Shown here one piece after another: positions 45,442 to 57,816 of a DNA stretch of 64,000 nucleotides (the stretch's first letter is position 1; each line of letters begins with the position of its first letter). A program made the position numbers and the translations under genes. Below the pieces are notes generated by a model. That model ran no database searches, was not told the origin of the DNA, and was given only the letters and a program-made list of their open reading frames with translations. Origin of the DNA: an uncultured delta proteobacterium (GTDB lineage: Bacteria; Desulfobacterota; Binatia; UBA9968); NCBI GenBank assembly GCA_963771465.1, contig CAVYTU010000014.1, positions 1,096,598 through 1,160,597 on the forward strand, in the 5' to 3' direction.

Positions 45442-45460
45442 CCGCTCGGCACACCGATCG

Positions 45461-45493
45461 AGGCCACCGCGGGCAACCGGGTGGCCTTTTTTT
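45461..45493 (+). terminator. Intrinsic terminator after hup
   Basis: AGGCCACC...GCAA...GGTGGCCT followed by a T run. Confidence 0.85.
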
Positions 45494-45575
45494 GTCCTAC
45501 TTGATGCCGCAGCGGTAGGCACGTAGAATACGCAGAAATCAAAAGTAGGAACTCGCGTTCCGCGAAAGAACGATC

Positions 45576-46496
45576 ATGGCGCTCAAAACTGAAAAAATTT
45601 GGCTCGACGGCGAACTCGTGCGCTGGGAAGATGCCAAGGTGCATGTGCTATCCCATGCGCTGCATTACGGCACGGCGTACTTTGAAGGTATTCGCTGCTA
45701 CGAGTTGGCCGACGGCCGCTCCGCCGTGTTTCGTCTCGAAGAGCATATGCGGCGGCTCGCCGATTCAGGAAAAATTTTGGGTTTTCCGCTGCCCTATTCG
45801 GTGGAGCAACTTTGCCAAGCGACCAAAGAGGTCATCCGCGCCAACAAGCTTAAGGCCTGTTACATCCGGCCGCTGGCGTTTCTCGGTCTCGGCGAGCTCG
45901 GCGTTTACGCGCCGCAAAATCCTGTGAACGTGTGCATCGCGGTGTGGCCTTGGGGTGCTTACCTAGGCGACGACGGCATCAAAAACGGCATTCGCGCCAA
46001 GGTGTCGTCCTACACGCGCCACCACGTCAACGTGACGATGACCAAAAGCAAGACCTCGGCAAACTATGTGAATTCAGTTCTGGCCAAAGCCGAAGTGAAA
46101 AAAGCCGGCTACGACGAAGCGATCATGCTCGATACCGAGGGTTACGTTGCGGAAGCCAGCGGCGAGAATATTTTTATGGTGCGCGGCGGCAAGATCAAAA
46201 CGACGCCGTTGACTTCTATCCTGCCCGGCATCACGCGGGAATCGATTATGACCTTGGCGCGCGATAAGGGCTACGAAGTGACCGAGGAGCGTTTCACCCG
46301 CGACGAGCTCTACATCGCCGACGAAGTGTTTTTTACCGGCACCGCCGCCGAGCTGACGCCGGTCCGCGAAGTTGACGACCGGCAGATCGGCGCCGGTAAA
46401 CGCGGTCCGATTACCGAGGATTTGCAGACTACTTTCTTCGATGTCATCAAGGGAAAAGCGGTGGAGAAGTACGCCAAGTGGCTCGCCTACGTTTAG
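45576..46496 (+). CDS. ilvE: Branched-chain amino acid aminotransferase
   Basis: HALHYG..FEGIR.Y, YIRP, WPWGAYLG, E.SGEN.F, ILPGITR, GTAAE.TP. Confidence 0.95.
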   Translation: MALKTEKIWLDGELVRWEDAKVHVLSHALHYGTAYFEGIRCYELADGRSAVFRLEEHMRRLADSGKILGFPLPYSVEQLCQATKEVIRANKLKACYIRPLAFLGLGELGVYAPQNPVNVCIAVWPWGAYLGDDGIKNGIRAKVSSYTRHHVNVTMTKSKTSANYVNSVLAKAEVKKAGYDEAIMLDTEGYVAEASGENIFMVRGGKIKTTPLTSILPGITRESIMTLARDKGYEVTEERFTRDELYIADEVFFTGTAAELTPVREVDDRQIGAGKRGPITEDLQTTFFDVIKGKAVEKYAKWLAYV

Positions 46497-46555
46497 GCGC
46501 CGCGAGTCGCACTCATTTTTTGCCCCTTGCCACTTACCTTCCATAGTCATTCCCC

Positions 46556-46927
46556 ATGGCAGATGCGCGCGAGCCGACGCTCAGGGTGACCATGCTGCCG
46601 CGCGACACCAACGCGCGCGGCACGATCTTTGGCGGCGTGATCCTCAGTCATATCGACTTGGCGGGCGGCATCGCAGCGTCGCGCTGCGCCGCGCGAAACT
46701 TCGTCACCCGGGCAATGCGCGAAGTCGAGTTCATTGCGCCAGTGTACGTCGGCGATGTGGTGAGCTTTTACACTTCGACGCTGCGCATCGGGACGACATC
46801 CGTGACCATCAAAGTCGATGTCGAAGCGCAACGCGCGAAAGATCCCAGCGCTAACGTCAAAGTCACTGAAGCCGAGGTTATTTTCGTCGCTGTTGATGAA
46901 GCGGGGAACCCGATTGCGTTGAGATGA
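46556..46927 (+). CDS. Acyl-CoA thioesterase (hotdog, YciA-like)
   Basis: PRDTN..GTIFGG..LS.ID.A, PVYVGD. Confidence 0.92.
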   Translation: MADAREPTLRVTMLPRDTNARGTIFGGVILSHIDLAGGIAASRCAARNFVTRAMREVEFIAPVYVGDVVSFYTSTLRIGTTSVTIKVDVEAQRAKDPSANVKVTEAEVIFVAVDEAGNPIALR

Positions 46928-46932
46928 GGGGG

Positions 46933-47020
46933 TCAGCCGCAAAGAACGCAGAATACGCAAAGTACAAAAAGGAAATCATAAGAATTCGAACTTCGCGCGC
47001 TTTGTGTTCATTGTAGTGAA
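46933..47020. repeat. Inverted nonamer arrays (CGCAAAG-type)
   Basis: ccgcaaaga acgcagaat acgcaaagt ... cttcgcgcg ctttgtgtt cattgtagtg. Related partial copies near 35460, 37094, 53251 and 53303. Confidence 0.7.
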
Positions 47021-47059
47021 GAGGCGAATACGTAGACGCGAATAGCTGTCCGCCGGCGA

Positions 47060-47908
47060 TTAGGATGCACCGTCCGCACACGCAGAGCCGCCGTTGTCTT
47101 TGAGAAATTGCACCGCTTGATCTTTGATCGCACGGATCGACAGCCAGTGACCGTGCTCGGGATAGAGCACCAGACGATGCGTCTTGCCTAAACTTTCCAG
47201 CCGGTCGCGAAGCAGCGTGGCCTGGGAAACCGGGATCAATGAATCTTGCGCGCCGTGCAAAATCAGCGTTGACGCCTGCCAATCGGCGGCTTCCGGCAGC
47301 AGATTTCGCAGCTTCGGTTCGGCTTCGCCATTGGGATTCAGTATCATTTTAAGCGCGAAACTCGAAGTGTTTTTGTAAAGCGTTGCCAGATCGTAGGCGC
47401 CGGAGTGGAGCATTGCCCCTTTGAGACCGTCGATTTCATTGGCCAACGCCGCCGCTACCACTGCGCCGCGGGAAAATCCGTAAACGTAAATCTTGCTTCC
47501 ATCGATCCACGGCAGCTGTTTCGCCCTGGCAACCGCGTCGAGAACTGCGCGGCGCGTCGATTCAGCCAGCGGGCCGTCGGGAACTTTGGTACCCCCGTAG
47601 CCCGGCAACGAGACGGCCATGCTGGCGTAACAGACCTCCTTGGCGAACGCTTCGGCGGCGGGCAAAACCCGGCGCGCGCCAATGCCGAACCAGCTATGAC
47701 CGTGCAGTAAGACGATTAGTGGAAACCGGCCGTTGCCGCGCGGGCGCGCCAGATAACCTTCCACTAATCCACCAGCGCTGGGAAACATAAAACGCGAGGT
47801 AGAATTCGCCGGCAGGGCCGCGAGGTCATTTACGGAAACGGTTTCAAACGTCGAGCAGCCGCCAAGTAAGAATAGGGCCAGAGCGGTTAGGACGGCATTC
47901 ACGCGCAT
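47060..47908 (-). CDS. Lipoprotein alpha/beta hydrolase (peptidase S9/DLH-like)
   Basis: Lipobox LGGC, GFSRG nucleophile, HGAQD, HGH. Confidence 0.85.
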   Translation of the reverse strand: MRVNAVLTALALFLLGGCSTFETVSVNDLAALPANSTSRFMFPSAGGLVEGYLARPRGNGRFPLIVLLHGHSWFGIGARRVLPAAEAFAKEVCYASMAVSLPGYGGTKVPDGPLAESTRRAVLDAVARAKQLPWIDGSKIYVYGFSRGAVVAAALANEIDGLKGAMLHSGAYDLATLYKNTSSFALKMILNPNGEAEPKLRNLLPEAADWQASTLILHGAQDSLIPVSQATLLRDRLESLGKTHRLVLYPEHGHWLSIRAIKDQAVQFLKDNGGSACADGAS

Positions 47909-47987
47909 GCAGTTTCATACCACCCCGGCCACCTGAATCAATACGTTTGCACCCGCGCCGAGCTTTCAGTATCAATGAACGCTGAAT

Positions 47988-48895
47988 ATGAAAAGCAACC
48001 TGATTCGCTGTTTTACCATCTTATCGTGGTTTGCGCTGTTCGCCTGCGGCGATTCGCCAAAAGCGCCCAAGACGCTGCGCGTTGGCTTTGTACCCGCCGA
48101 AGACGCCCAGCAGGTGATGCAAAACGCCCAGCCGGTTGTGGAGATCCTGCGCAAAGAACTGGGCATGGAAATCCAACCGTTCGTCGCTACCGACTACACC
48201 GGCGTGGTCGAAGCGTTGCGCGTGGGCAAGCTCGATGTCGCATTTTTGGCGCCGGCTTCCTACGTGCTGGCGAAAAGCGAAGCCAACGTCAAAGTCGTGC
48301 TCAAGTCCGAACGCAAAGGTATCCCGACTTATTTTGCGGCGATCATCACGCGGGCCGATAGCGGCATCAAAACCCTCGAGGACTTGCGCGGCAAAACTTT
48401 CGCCTTTGGCGATTCGCTGTCCACTACGGGCCATGTGTTTCCGCGCAAGATGTTTAAGGAGCGCGGCATCGATCCGGTGCGGGATTTCAAACAGATTCTT
48501 TATTCCGGCGGCCACGACGCCACCGTGTTGGCGGTGCTCAATCGCAAAGTCGACGCCGGCGCCACCTACGCCAACTCTCCCGATAGCCAGGACACCGCGT
48601 GGATGCGCTATTTGAAAGATCCGGCGGATATAAAAAAAATTCACGCCATCGCCTTCTCCGAGCCGATCCCCGCCGACAATCTGGTGATCCGCGGCGACCT
48701 CGATGACGCCATCGCTAAAAAGATCGTCGATGTTTTCATCAATTTGAGCCGCGATCCGGCGGGGAAACAGATGCTGCGCGAACTTTACCAGATCGATGGT
48801 TTCGTCACCGCCACCGACAAGGACTACGACTCGGTGCGTGAGGCTTTTAAGATTGCCGGCATCCCGCTCAAGGAAGCGCTCAAGAAAAAGAAATC

Positions 48896-48899
<4 letters not shown>
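47988..48899 (+). CDS. phnD: Phosphate/phosphite/phosphonate ABC substrate-binding protein
   Basis: Lipobox, DY.GVVEAL, DSLSTTG..FP, GGHDA. Confidence 0.9.
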
Positions 48900-49675
<776 letters not shown>

Positions 49676-49696
49676 TGGCGGCGAAATTTAACCGCC

Positions 49697-51514
49697 TCAG
49701 TCGACGCCGGGATGGCCTGATTCGTCCAGCTTGCGAAGCGCATAGCGATATCCGACTTCGATAATTTTATCGACGCTGCGCCATTCGAAGACATTGAATT
49801 GGCCGACCGGCGGTTCGAAGCAGAGATCGGCTTGGGCCTTGGCGCTCGCGATGGCGCGGATGCCGCCGACGGTGGTGGTGCGATAGAGAGTATTTAGAAT
49901 ATTGGGGATGTCGGGTTTGTCGCTGAATGGACTCAGCTGTTGCCACAGGAGTTTCCAGCCCGAGACGGTGTAGCTCTCCGATAGCTTACTCGTGAATTCG
50001 ACCTGCTCGCTGACATCGACGGCGCAGACTCGCCCTTGGCAAAATTTCTTCATGGTCTCCACCGGCAGATTGTCGACTAAGCCGCCGTCGATAAAAATCT
50101 CACCGTTTTCGATCGCCGGCGGGCCGATACCGGGGATGGACACGCTGGCGCGCACAGCTTTCCAGAGCGCCCCTTGCTGATGTATTTTCGCCGCAGCGGT
50201 GGTGAGGTTGGTCGACACACAGAAAAATTGGGTGCGAAGATTCTCGATTTCGGCGTTACCGAACATTCTTCGGAGCATTTGATCCATACGCCGCGCGGAG
50301 TTGAGCGCGACCAAAGGCAAGGTGTAATTTTTCTGCGGTTCGCAGCGCGGCCATTCGTCGCGATTGACGCGGGCCATGGTCTGCCAATCCCAGCCGAGCG
50401 CGTGTTGCGCGGCGATCACCGCGCCCATGCTGGTGCCGCCGATCATGTCGATCGGCACGCCGCGCTCTTGGAGCGCACGAATCACGCCAATATGGGCAAA
50501 ACCGCGCGCGCCGCCGCCGCTCAAAACTAAACCGATTCCATTGCCGGTGATCAGGCGCGCGAGTCTGGCGACGTCGGCTGCTTCAGTGGCAACGATGTGG
50601 TGGTGTGCCGAAGTGCCCAATTGGGCGACCCACTTCGCCGTTGTGAAATCATGACTGACGTCGCGACCGTGCAACAGCACGAGCTCCATACGCGCAGTGA
50701 TGGTGCAGGAATCAAAGTAGTCGCGCATTGGCTTGAGCGCGGCATCGGGACTCGCGACGTTGGCACGGCCGACAACCAAGATGAGGTCGGCTTGACGGAT
50801 ACAACGTTTAGTCCAAGCATTGAGATCCGCGTCCGCTTGGTAAACGATGGCGCGGTGATTGGCTTCGAGGGCGTCCAAGCGGACCGTGAGCTCGGCTTCG
50901 GCTGCGCGAGCTTCGTTGGCCGCGGAAAATTCAACCCCAGACTCGCGGCCGATGCTCTGTGGGCTCACGCACAACGTTGGAGCTATCTTCGTCAGCGCGT
51001 TCGCTAGCAACAGCGCGAACTCGTTCGCTTGATCGCTTTCGTCACAGGGAAGCACCGCAACGGTGCGCAGGTTACTTCGCGCCGTTGCTCCGTCGCTGCC
51101 TTGGCGCTGGCGCGACGCCAGCTGCACGGCGATTTGCCGGATCAGCGTCGGGTCAAATTGGATCGCCCGCTCAAATGCCGACTGCGAGAGCATTGCGAGT
51201 GTGGTATCGCGGATCGCGCGAATCGTCGCCGAACGCGCTTCTCCGGTGAGCAAGGCGAGTTCGCCTACACTTTCGCCGCGGGCAATTTCGCGAATGATTT
51301 CTTCTGCGCCGTCAGCGCGTTGGACCGACACGCGCAGCCGTCCTGAAAGCACGATGTACATCGAGTCGCCGGCATCGCCGGCGCGAAACAAAATCGCGCC
51401 GCCGGATAGACTTATGAATCGCAACTCAGAAAGCAGCTCGTCGAAAGCGCACGGAGTTAGGCCAGCGAAGAGGGGTGTGGCTATAAGCTCGGCGAGTTTG
51501 TCTTGGGAAAACAT
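49697..51514 (-). CDS. cNMP-binding domain + patatin phospholipase (NTE/RssA family)
   Basis: CNBD GESVGELALL...RSATIRA; patatin GGGARG, GTSMG, DGG. Confidence 0.9.
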   Translation of the reverse strand: MFSQDKLAELIATPLFAGLTPCAFDELLSELRFISLSGGAILFRAGDAGDSMYIVLSGRLRVSVQRADGAEEIIREIARGESVGELALLTGEARSATIRAIRDTTLAMLSQSAFERAIQFDPTLIRQIAVQLASRQRQGSDGATARSNLRTVAVLPCDESDQANEFALLLANALTKIAPTLCVSPQSIGRESGVEFSAANEARAAEAELTVRLDALEANHRAIVYQADADLNAWTKRCIRQADLILVVGRANVASPDAALKPMRDYFDSCTITARMELVLLHGRDVSHDFTTAKWVAQLGTSAHHHIVATEAADVARLARLITGNGIGLVLSGGGARGFAHIGVIRALQERGVPIDMIGGTSMGAVIAAQHALGWDWQTMARVNRDEWPRCEPQKNYTLPLVALNSARRMDQMLRRMFGNAEIENLRTQFFCVSTNLTTAAAKIHQQGALWKAVRASVSIPGIGPPAIENGEIFIDGGLVDNLPVETMKKFCQGRVCAVDVSEQVEFTSKLSESYTVSGWKLLWQQLSPFSDKPDIPNILNTLYRTTTVGGIRAIASAKAQADLCFEPPVGQFNVFEWRSVDKIIEVGYRYALRKLDESGHPGVD

Positions 51515-51652
51515 TTTGCCCGCTTCTGCGCTGAAATGAATCGTCCGGCCAGTGTTACTGTTGGGTGCCTAACGCACCAATTGAACCCAATCTAGGAGGG
51601 GATCAAATACATTATTGTGCCGGCCAAGTGCAAGCGGACGCCAGACGGTCGA

Positions 51653-51885
51653 TCAACCGCCATCGCCGCCGACGACAAACGGCGCCCAGAACATCGGGTG
51701 CGCGTAGCTGTACGAGTTGCCGGCTGATTGCTGCATGACCGCGAGTGACGCAGCGCGCAGCGCTTGGACGCGGTTCAGTTTGGCGTCGGCCGATTGGCGC
51801 TTAAACAATTCGGTAGTGATAAGTTTCGCCGACACGGTTTCCACCGGCCAGTGGGATACGAGCAACGCCTTGGTGGCGGCGAAAA
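51653..51885 (-). pseudogene. C-terminal fragment of a CHAT-domain (caspase-like) protein
   Basis: ALLVSHWPVET.SA....ALRAA....YAHPMFWAPFVV.GDG; the upstream catalytic region is absent. Confidence 0.8.
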
Positions 51886-51946
51886 GGGCGGTTAGAAGAT
51901 TCTCACGGGGTTGACGAGCTCAGGGCTCGCTGAATAAGTATTAACC

Positions 51947-52060
51947 GCGCCGCTGCGCATTGGCATCGGGATTCATACCGGTGAGGTGATCGCCGGGATT
52001 GTCCGTGCCGGTGAGCGTATGGATATCGACGTGACAGGCGATATGATAAGCAGTGTCGGT
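51947..52060 (+). pseudogene. Fragment of a class III adenylate/guanylate cyclase
   Basis: APLRIGIGIHTGEVIAGIV...RMDIDVTGD resembles the consensus IGIHTGxVxxGxxG...YxVxGDxVN; degenerate, no N-terminus. Confidence 0.7.
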
Positions 52061-52312
52061 GATGCTTGGGTGATTGAGAAAAGGGGCTTCGCGGTGAATG
52101 AGACGAAGACGATCTTTGAATCGACGTTGCGCTCGTATTGTCCGAGCTCTACGACAAGATTGGTCTTAAAACTCTCGCTAATGAAGAGTACCGCGAGGCG
52201 GAATTTTTGGCGAAAGCGAAGCCGTAGCGGCCATGGTGAAGTTCCAAACTGCAATCTTGTACATTCCGCCGATGGTCCGCGATTTGGCGCTGAACGATAG
52301 TTTTCCCGTCAG

Positions 52313-53242
52313 GTGAAATCATTGGAATTGGAGCATGACATTTTTGCCGAAGCGCCGGCGCGGCCGCGCAAACGGCGGCTCAGTTTTATCGTTACGTGCG
52401 TTTTGCTTTTGATCCTGGCCTGGTCGTTTCAAGGTGCAAAGATTCGACCGGGTGAGTTATTCGAAGGCGTGCCGCAGATTTTTCACACTCTGAGCCGAAT
52501 GCTGCCGCCGGATTTTGCCCGCATCACCGAGGCGAAACATTATTATTTTCCGGAAAAGCTGAGCTTGCCCGAATTGATTTTGCCCTTGCCCTTAGGCGAG
52601 GATGAAGCGCGCGCGCGCCAGCGTTGGTGGGATAATACTTTCCCCCAGACCGTGGTCGGCGCGACTTTGGAAACCGTGCAGATGGCTTTGGCGGGAACAT
52701 TTCTGGCGTTGTTGGCGGCGTTTCCTCTCGGCTTTCTCGCGGCGCGCAATACCACGCCGCACCCCTTCGTCTATCACGCCGTGCGCACGGTGCTGAATCT
52801 AGTGCGCACGATTCCCGATCTGGCGCTCGGCTTACTGTTCGTTGCAGCGGTCGGCCTGGGCGCTTTCGCCGGGACCATGGCATTGGCGATTCACACAGCG
52901 ACGGTTCTCGGCAAATTATTATCCGAGTCGGTGGAAAATATTGACGAAGGCGTGGTCGAAGCGATCCGCGCCACCGGCGCCGGTTATTCGCAAATACTGT
53001 CGTTCGCCGTGCTGCCGCAGATCTTGCCCGATCTCATTTCATTCACGCTTTACCGCTTTGAAACCAACATCCGCGCGGCTTCGGTTTTGGGCTTGATCGG
53101 TGCCGGCGGCATCGGTTACTTGATGAACACCAGTTTCCGCACTTTCCAATATCAAGAAGCGGCGGCCATTGTGTTGGTACTGATCGCGCTTGTGATGCTG
53201 GTCGATTACCTGAGCGCGCGGCTGCGCCGTCTGGTTGTCTAG
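52313..53242 (+). CDS. phnE: Phosphonate ABC transporter permease
   Basis: ETVQMA..GT, RTIPDL, GKLLSE..E.ID.G.VEA, FETNIR.A.VLGLIGAGGIG. Confidence 0.93.
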   Translation: MKSLELEHDIFAEAPARPRKRRLSFIVTCVLLLILAWSFQGAKIRPGELFEGVPQIFHTLSRMLPPDFARITEAKHYYFPEKLSLPELILPLPLGEDEARARQRWWDNTFPQTVVGATLETVQMALAGTFLALLAAFPLGFLAARNTTPHPFVYHAVRTVLNLVRTIPDLALGLLFVAAVGLGAFAGTMALAIHTATVLGKLLSESVENIDEGVVEAIRATGAGYSQILSFAVLPQILPDLISFTLYRFETNIRAASVLGLIGAGGIGYLMNTSFRTFQYQEAAAIVLVLIALVMLVDYLSARLRRLVV

Positions 53243-53249
53243 CGAGGCA

Positions 53250-53425
53250 TTAGCCGCAAAGGGCACCCGGCCACAGGGAATGAATATTCGGATTCGGAAT
53301 ATTAACCGCAAAGAACACAAAAAAGAATTCGGATTCGTTGCAACCGTTTGAAACCCGCCCTTTTGGCTTTAGCTGCGCTGCGTCACGGGCATTTTGTTTT
53401 TCGCTGTGGTAAGGTCGCGGCCGAG
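53250..53425. repeat. Composite CGCAAAG-type repeat with duplicated ATTCGGATTCG
   Basis: ttagccgcaaagggcac and ttaaccgcaaagaacacaaa, each followed by attcggattcg; partial inverted arms near 53405-53422. Confidence 0.55.
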
Positions 53426-53435
53426 TGATTGACCG

Positions 53436-54287
53436 ATGATCCGAACCGTTGGATTAGTTGCCAAATACCACGAGCCCAAAGCTGCGCAGATGGTGCGCTG
53501 GCTCATTCCCTGGCTAAAGAAGCGCGGCAAGCAGGTCTGCGTGGAAAAGGGTCTGGTTCACCGCGGCGCACGCGCGTGCAGCAAAAAAGAGATGGCGGCC
53601 GAGGCCGATCTGATTATTTCGTTGGGCGGCGACGGTACGCTGCTCAACATCGCGCCTTTGGTGATCCGTCCCGAGGTGCCGATCCTGGGTGTCAATCTTG
53701 GTGGTTTGGGATTCATCACCGAAGTCGCGGTGGGCGAACTGGAGGCGGTGCTGAGTAAGACACTCGACGGTGATTTCGAAGTCGAGCCGCGCATGACGTT
53801 GCAGGTGCGCGTGATCGGCAAGAAAGGCCGCACGCGCAAGTTTCGTATCCTCAACGACGCGGTGATCGCCAAGGGCGCGCGCAGCCGCATCATCGATCTG
53901 GAAACTCATGTCGGCGACGATTATCTTTGCACCTACCGCGCCGACGGCTTGATTATTTCCACGCCGACGGGTTCTACCGCTTATTCTTTGGCCGCGGCGG
54001 GGCCGATTCTCGAACCGACACTCGGCGCCATCGTGCTCTCGCCGATTTGCCCGCACACGCTGACCAACCGGCCGATCGTCGTGCCGAGTAATGCGGCGAT
54101 CCGCGTGACCTTGCGCTCCCTCGGCGATACGGTTTTTTTTAGCCCCGATGGACAACAGGGGATACGACTGCACAACGGTGACCAAGTGGAAGCGCGCGAC
54201 TACGGCATGCCGGTGTCGCTGATCAAGTTGCCGTCGCGCAGCTACTACGAGATTCTCCGAGAAAAACTCAAGTGGGGCGAGCGCTAG
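53436..54287 (+). CDS. nadK: NAD(+) kinase
   Basis: GGDGT, GVNLG.LGF, ND, DGLIISTPTGSTAY.L.AAGP, PICPH. Confidence 0.96.
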   Translation: MIRTVGLVAKYHEPKAAQMVRWLIPWLKKRGKQVCVEKGLVHRGARACSKKEMAAEADLIISLGGDGTLLNIAPLVIRPEVPILGVNLGGLGFITEVAVGELEAVLSKTLDGDFEVEPRMTLQVRVIGKKGRTRKFRILNDAVIAKGARSRIIDLETHVGDDYLCTYRADGLIISTPTGSTAYSLAAAGPILEPTLGAIVLSPICPHTLTNRPIVVPSNAAIRVTLRSLGDTVFFSPDGQQGIRLHNGDQVEARDYGMPVSLIKLPSRSYYEILREKLKWGER

Positions 54288-54298
54288 AAGAATAGTTT

Positions 54299-56005
54299 AT
54301 GTTGCGCGAGCTGCGGATCAAGAACTTCGCGGTCATCGACGAAGTTGTGCTCGACCTGGGGGCGGGGTTGAATATCATCACCGGCGAAACCGGCGCGGGG
54401 AAGTCGATTATCCTCAACGCCTTGGGGCTGATCTCCGGTGAGCGCGGCAGCTCGGATATCATCCGCCACAAGGAAGATGAAGCGACGGTGGAAGCGCTCT
54501 TCGATGGTTTGCCGACGGCGATCGAGGCGAAGCTCGCCGAGGCAGGATTCGCGGCCGACGGCGAGTTAGTCATCAAGCGCATTCTCAATCGTTCAGGAAA
54601 AAATCGGATCTATCTCAACGGCAGTCTTTGTCCGCTCAATGTCCTCGCCGAAATTGGCAGTTCGCTCGTTCATATCTACGGCCAGCATGAGCACCACACC
54701 TTGCTTCAGCCGGAAACGCATTTGAACTTGCTCGATGCTTTCGCCGACTTGGCCGACCGCGGCGTGTCCATGCGCGAGCACTTCAACAAACTCTCCAGCG
54801 CCTGGCATGAGCTTAACGCCAGCCGTGATTCGTTGGAAAAACGGCGCCGCGAAAGAGCATTGCTCGAAGCTCAAGCAGAGGAGATCGCGCGGGCGCGTTT
54901 GCAGGCCGGCGAAGAGGAGGAACTCAAGGCGCGCAAAAATATTTTGGCCCACGCCGAGAAGCTGCATCAGGGCAGCCGCGAGGGTGAAGAACTGTTGTAC
55001 GAAGGCGAAGCCGCGCTGGTCGGGCGCCTAGGGAAATACGCCGTGCGGCTGCGGGAATTAGCTGCCATCGATCCGAATTTGCAGCCGACGTTGGAGTTGA
55101 TCGATTCTTCCTTGGCCCAGCTGCAAGAAGCGGCGGCGCAATTGCGCCGTTACGCCGGCCATAGCCATTTCGATCCGCGAGCGTTGGAACAATTGGAAGA
55201 TCGGTTGGCGGAAATCCAACGGTTGAGGCGAAAATACAACGCCGATTTCGACGAACTGCTCCGCTTGCGCGGCGAGATCGAAAATAGTCTGACGAATTTG
55301 GACCAGGGCGAAGAGCGGATCGCGGCCTTGGAAAAGGAATTTGCCGCGGCACGCCGATCGGCATGGGATTTCGCCGAAAAGCTTTCCAATGACCGGCAGC
55401 GGGCGGCAATAAAGCTCAAACGCGAGATGGAAAAAGCGGTCCGCGGCTTGGGCATGGCTGACACCCTGTTCGAAGTACGATTTTTACTCCAGGACGACAA
55501 AGCCGATCAGCCGCCTTTTTTTATTGCCGGCAAGAAGCTTGGCGAGCGCGGTGTCGATCAAGTGGAATATTACTTTTCACCCAATCCCGGTGAACCGGTA
55601 AAGCCGCTTGCCAAGATCGCTTCAGGCGGCGAGCTCTCGCGGATGATGTTAGCGCTCAAGTCGTTGGTCTTGACGCCGGGAGTCGTCTCGACTCTACTCT
55701 TCGACGAAGTCGACGCCGGCGTGGGCGGCAAGGTCGCCGAGATCGTCGGCAAGAAGCTGAAACAAGTGGCGGCGCACCATCAAGTCATCAGCGTGACCCA
55801 TCTGCCGCAGATCGCCGCCATGGCCGATGGTCACTTCGTCGTGCAAAAAGAAGTTGAGAAGGGGCGGACGTTTACCAGGGTGCAGCGGCTCAAGGATAAC
55901 GAGCGCGTCGCCGAAGTCGCGCGCATGTTGGGCGGCGTCAAAATCACCGAGCAAACACGCCGCCACGCGGAAGAGATGGTGCGCGGCGGATTAAGTGGTG
56001 AATAA
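54299..56005 (+). CDS. recN: DNA repair protein RecN
   Basis: TGETGAGKS, GQHEH, ASGGELSR.MLA, FDEVDAG, THLPQIAA. Confidence 0.97.
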   Translation: MLRELRIKNFAVIDEVVLDLGAGLNIITGETGAGKSIILNALGLISGERGSSDIIRHKEDEATVEALFDGLPTAIEAKLAEAGFAADGELVIKRILNRSGKNRIYLNGSLCPLNVLAEIGSSLVHIYGQHEHHTLLQPETHLNLLDAFADLADRGVSMREHFNKLSSAWHELNASRDSLEKRRRERALLEAQAEEIARARLQAGEEEELKARKNILAHAEKLHQGSREGEELLYEGEAALVGRLGKYAVRLRELAAIDPNLQPTLELIDSSLAQLQEAAAQLRRYAGHSHFDPRALEQLEDRLAEIQRLRRKYNADFDELLRLRGEIENSLTNLDQGEERIAALEKEFAAARRSAWDFAEKLSNDRQRAAIKLKREMEKAVRGLGMADTLFEVRFLLQDDKADQPPFFIAGKKLGERGVDQVEYYFSPNPGEPVKPLAKIASGGELSRMMLALKSLVLTPGVVSTLLFDEVDAGVGGKVAEIVGKKLKQVAAHHQVISVTHLPQIAAMADGHFVVQKEVEKGRTFTRVQRLKDNERVAEVARMLGGVKITEQTRRHAEEMVRGGLSGE

Positions 56006-56058
56006 AAAGTCTTGCGTGCGGCTCTGAGCGTCTTTTACCGCCGATCGGTTCGCTGAGT

Positions 56059-56087
56059 TTGACTTTTGCTGCGGCGTTTCCTACTTT
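56059..56087 (+). promoter_or_regulatory. Putative sigma70 promoter for tRNA-Ala
   Basis: TTGACT-17 nt-TACTTT. Confidence 0.55.
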
Positions 56088-56122
56088 TACCGCAGCACTT
56101 TTCACTTTTTCCTTCCTTTCGT

Positions 56123-57812
<1,690 letters not shown>

Positions 57813-57816
<4 letters not shown>

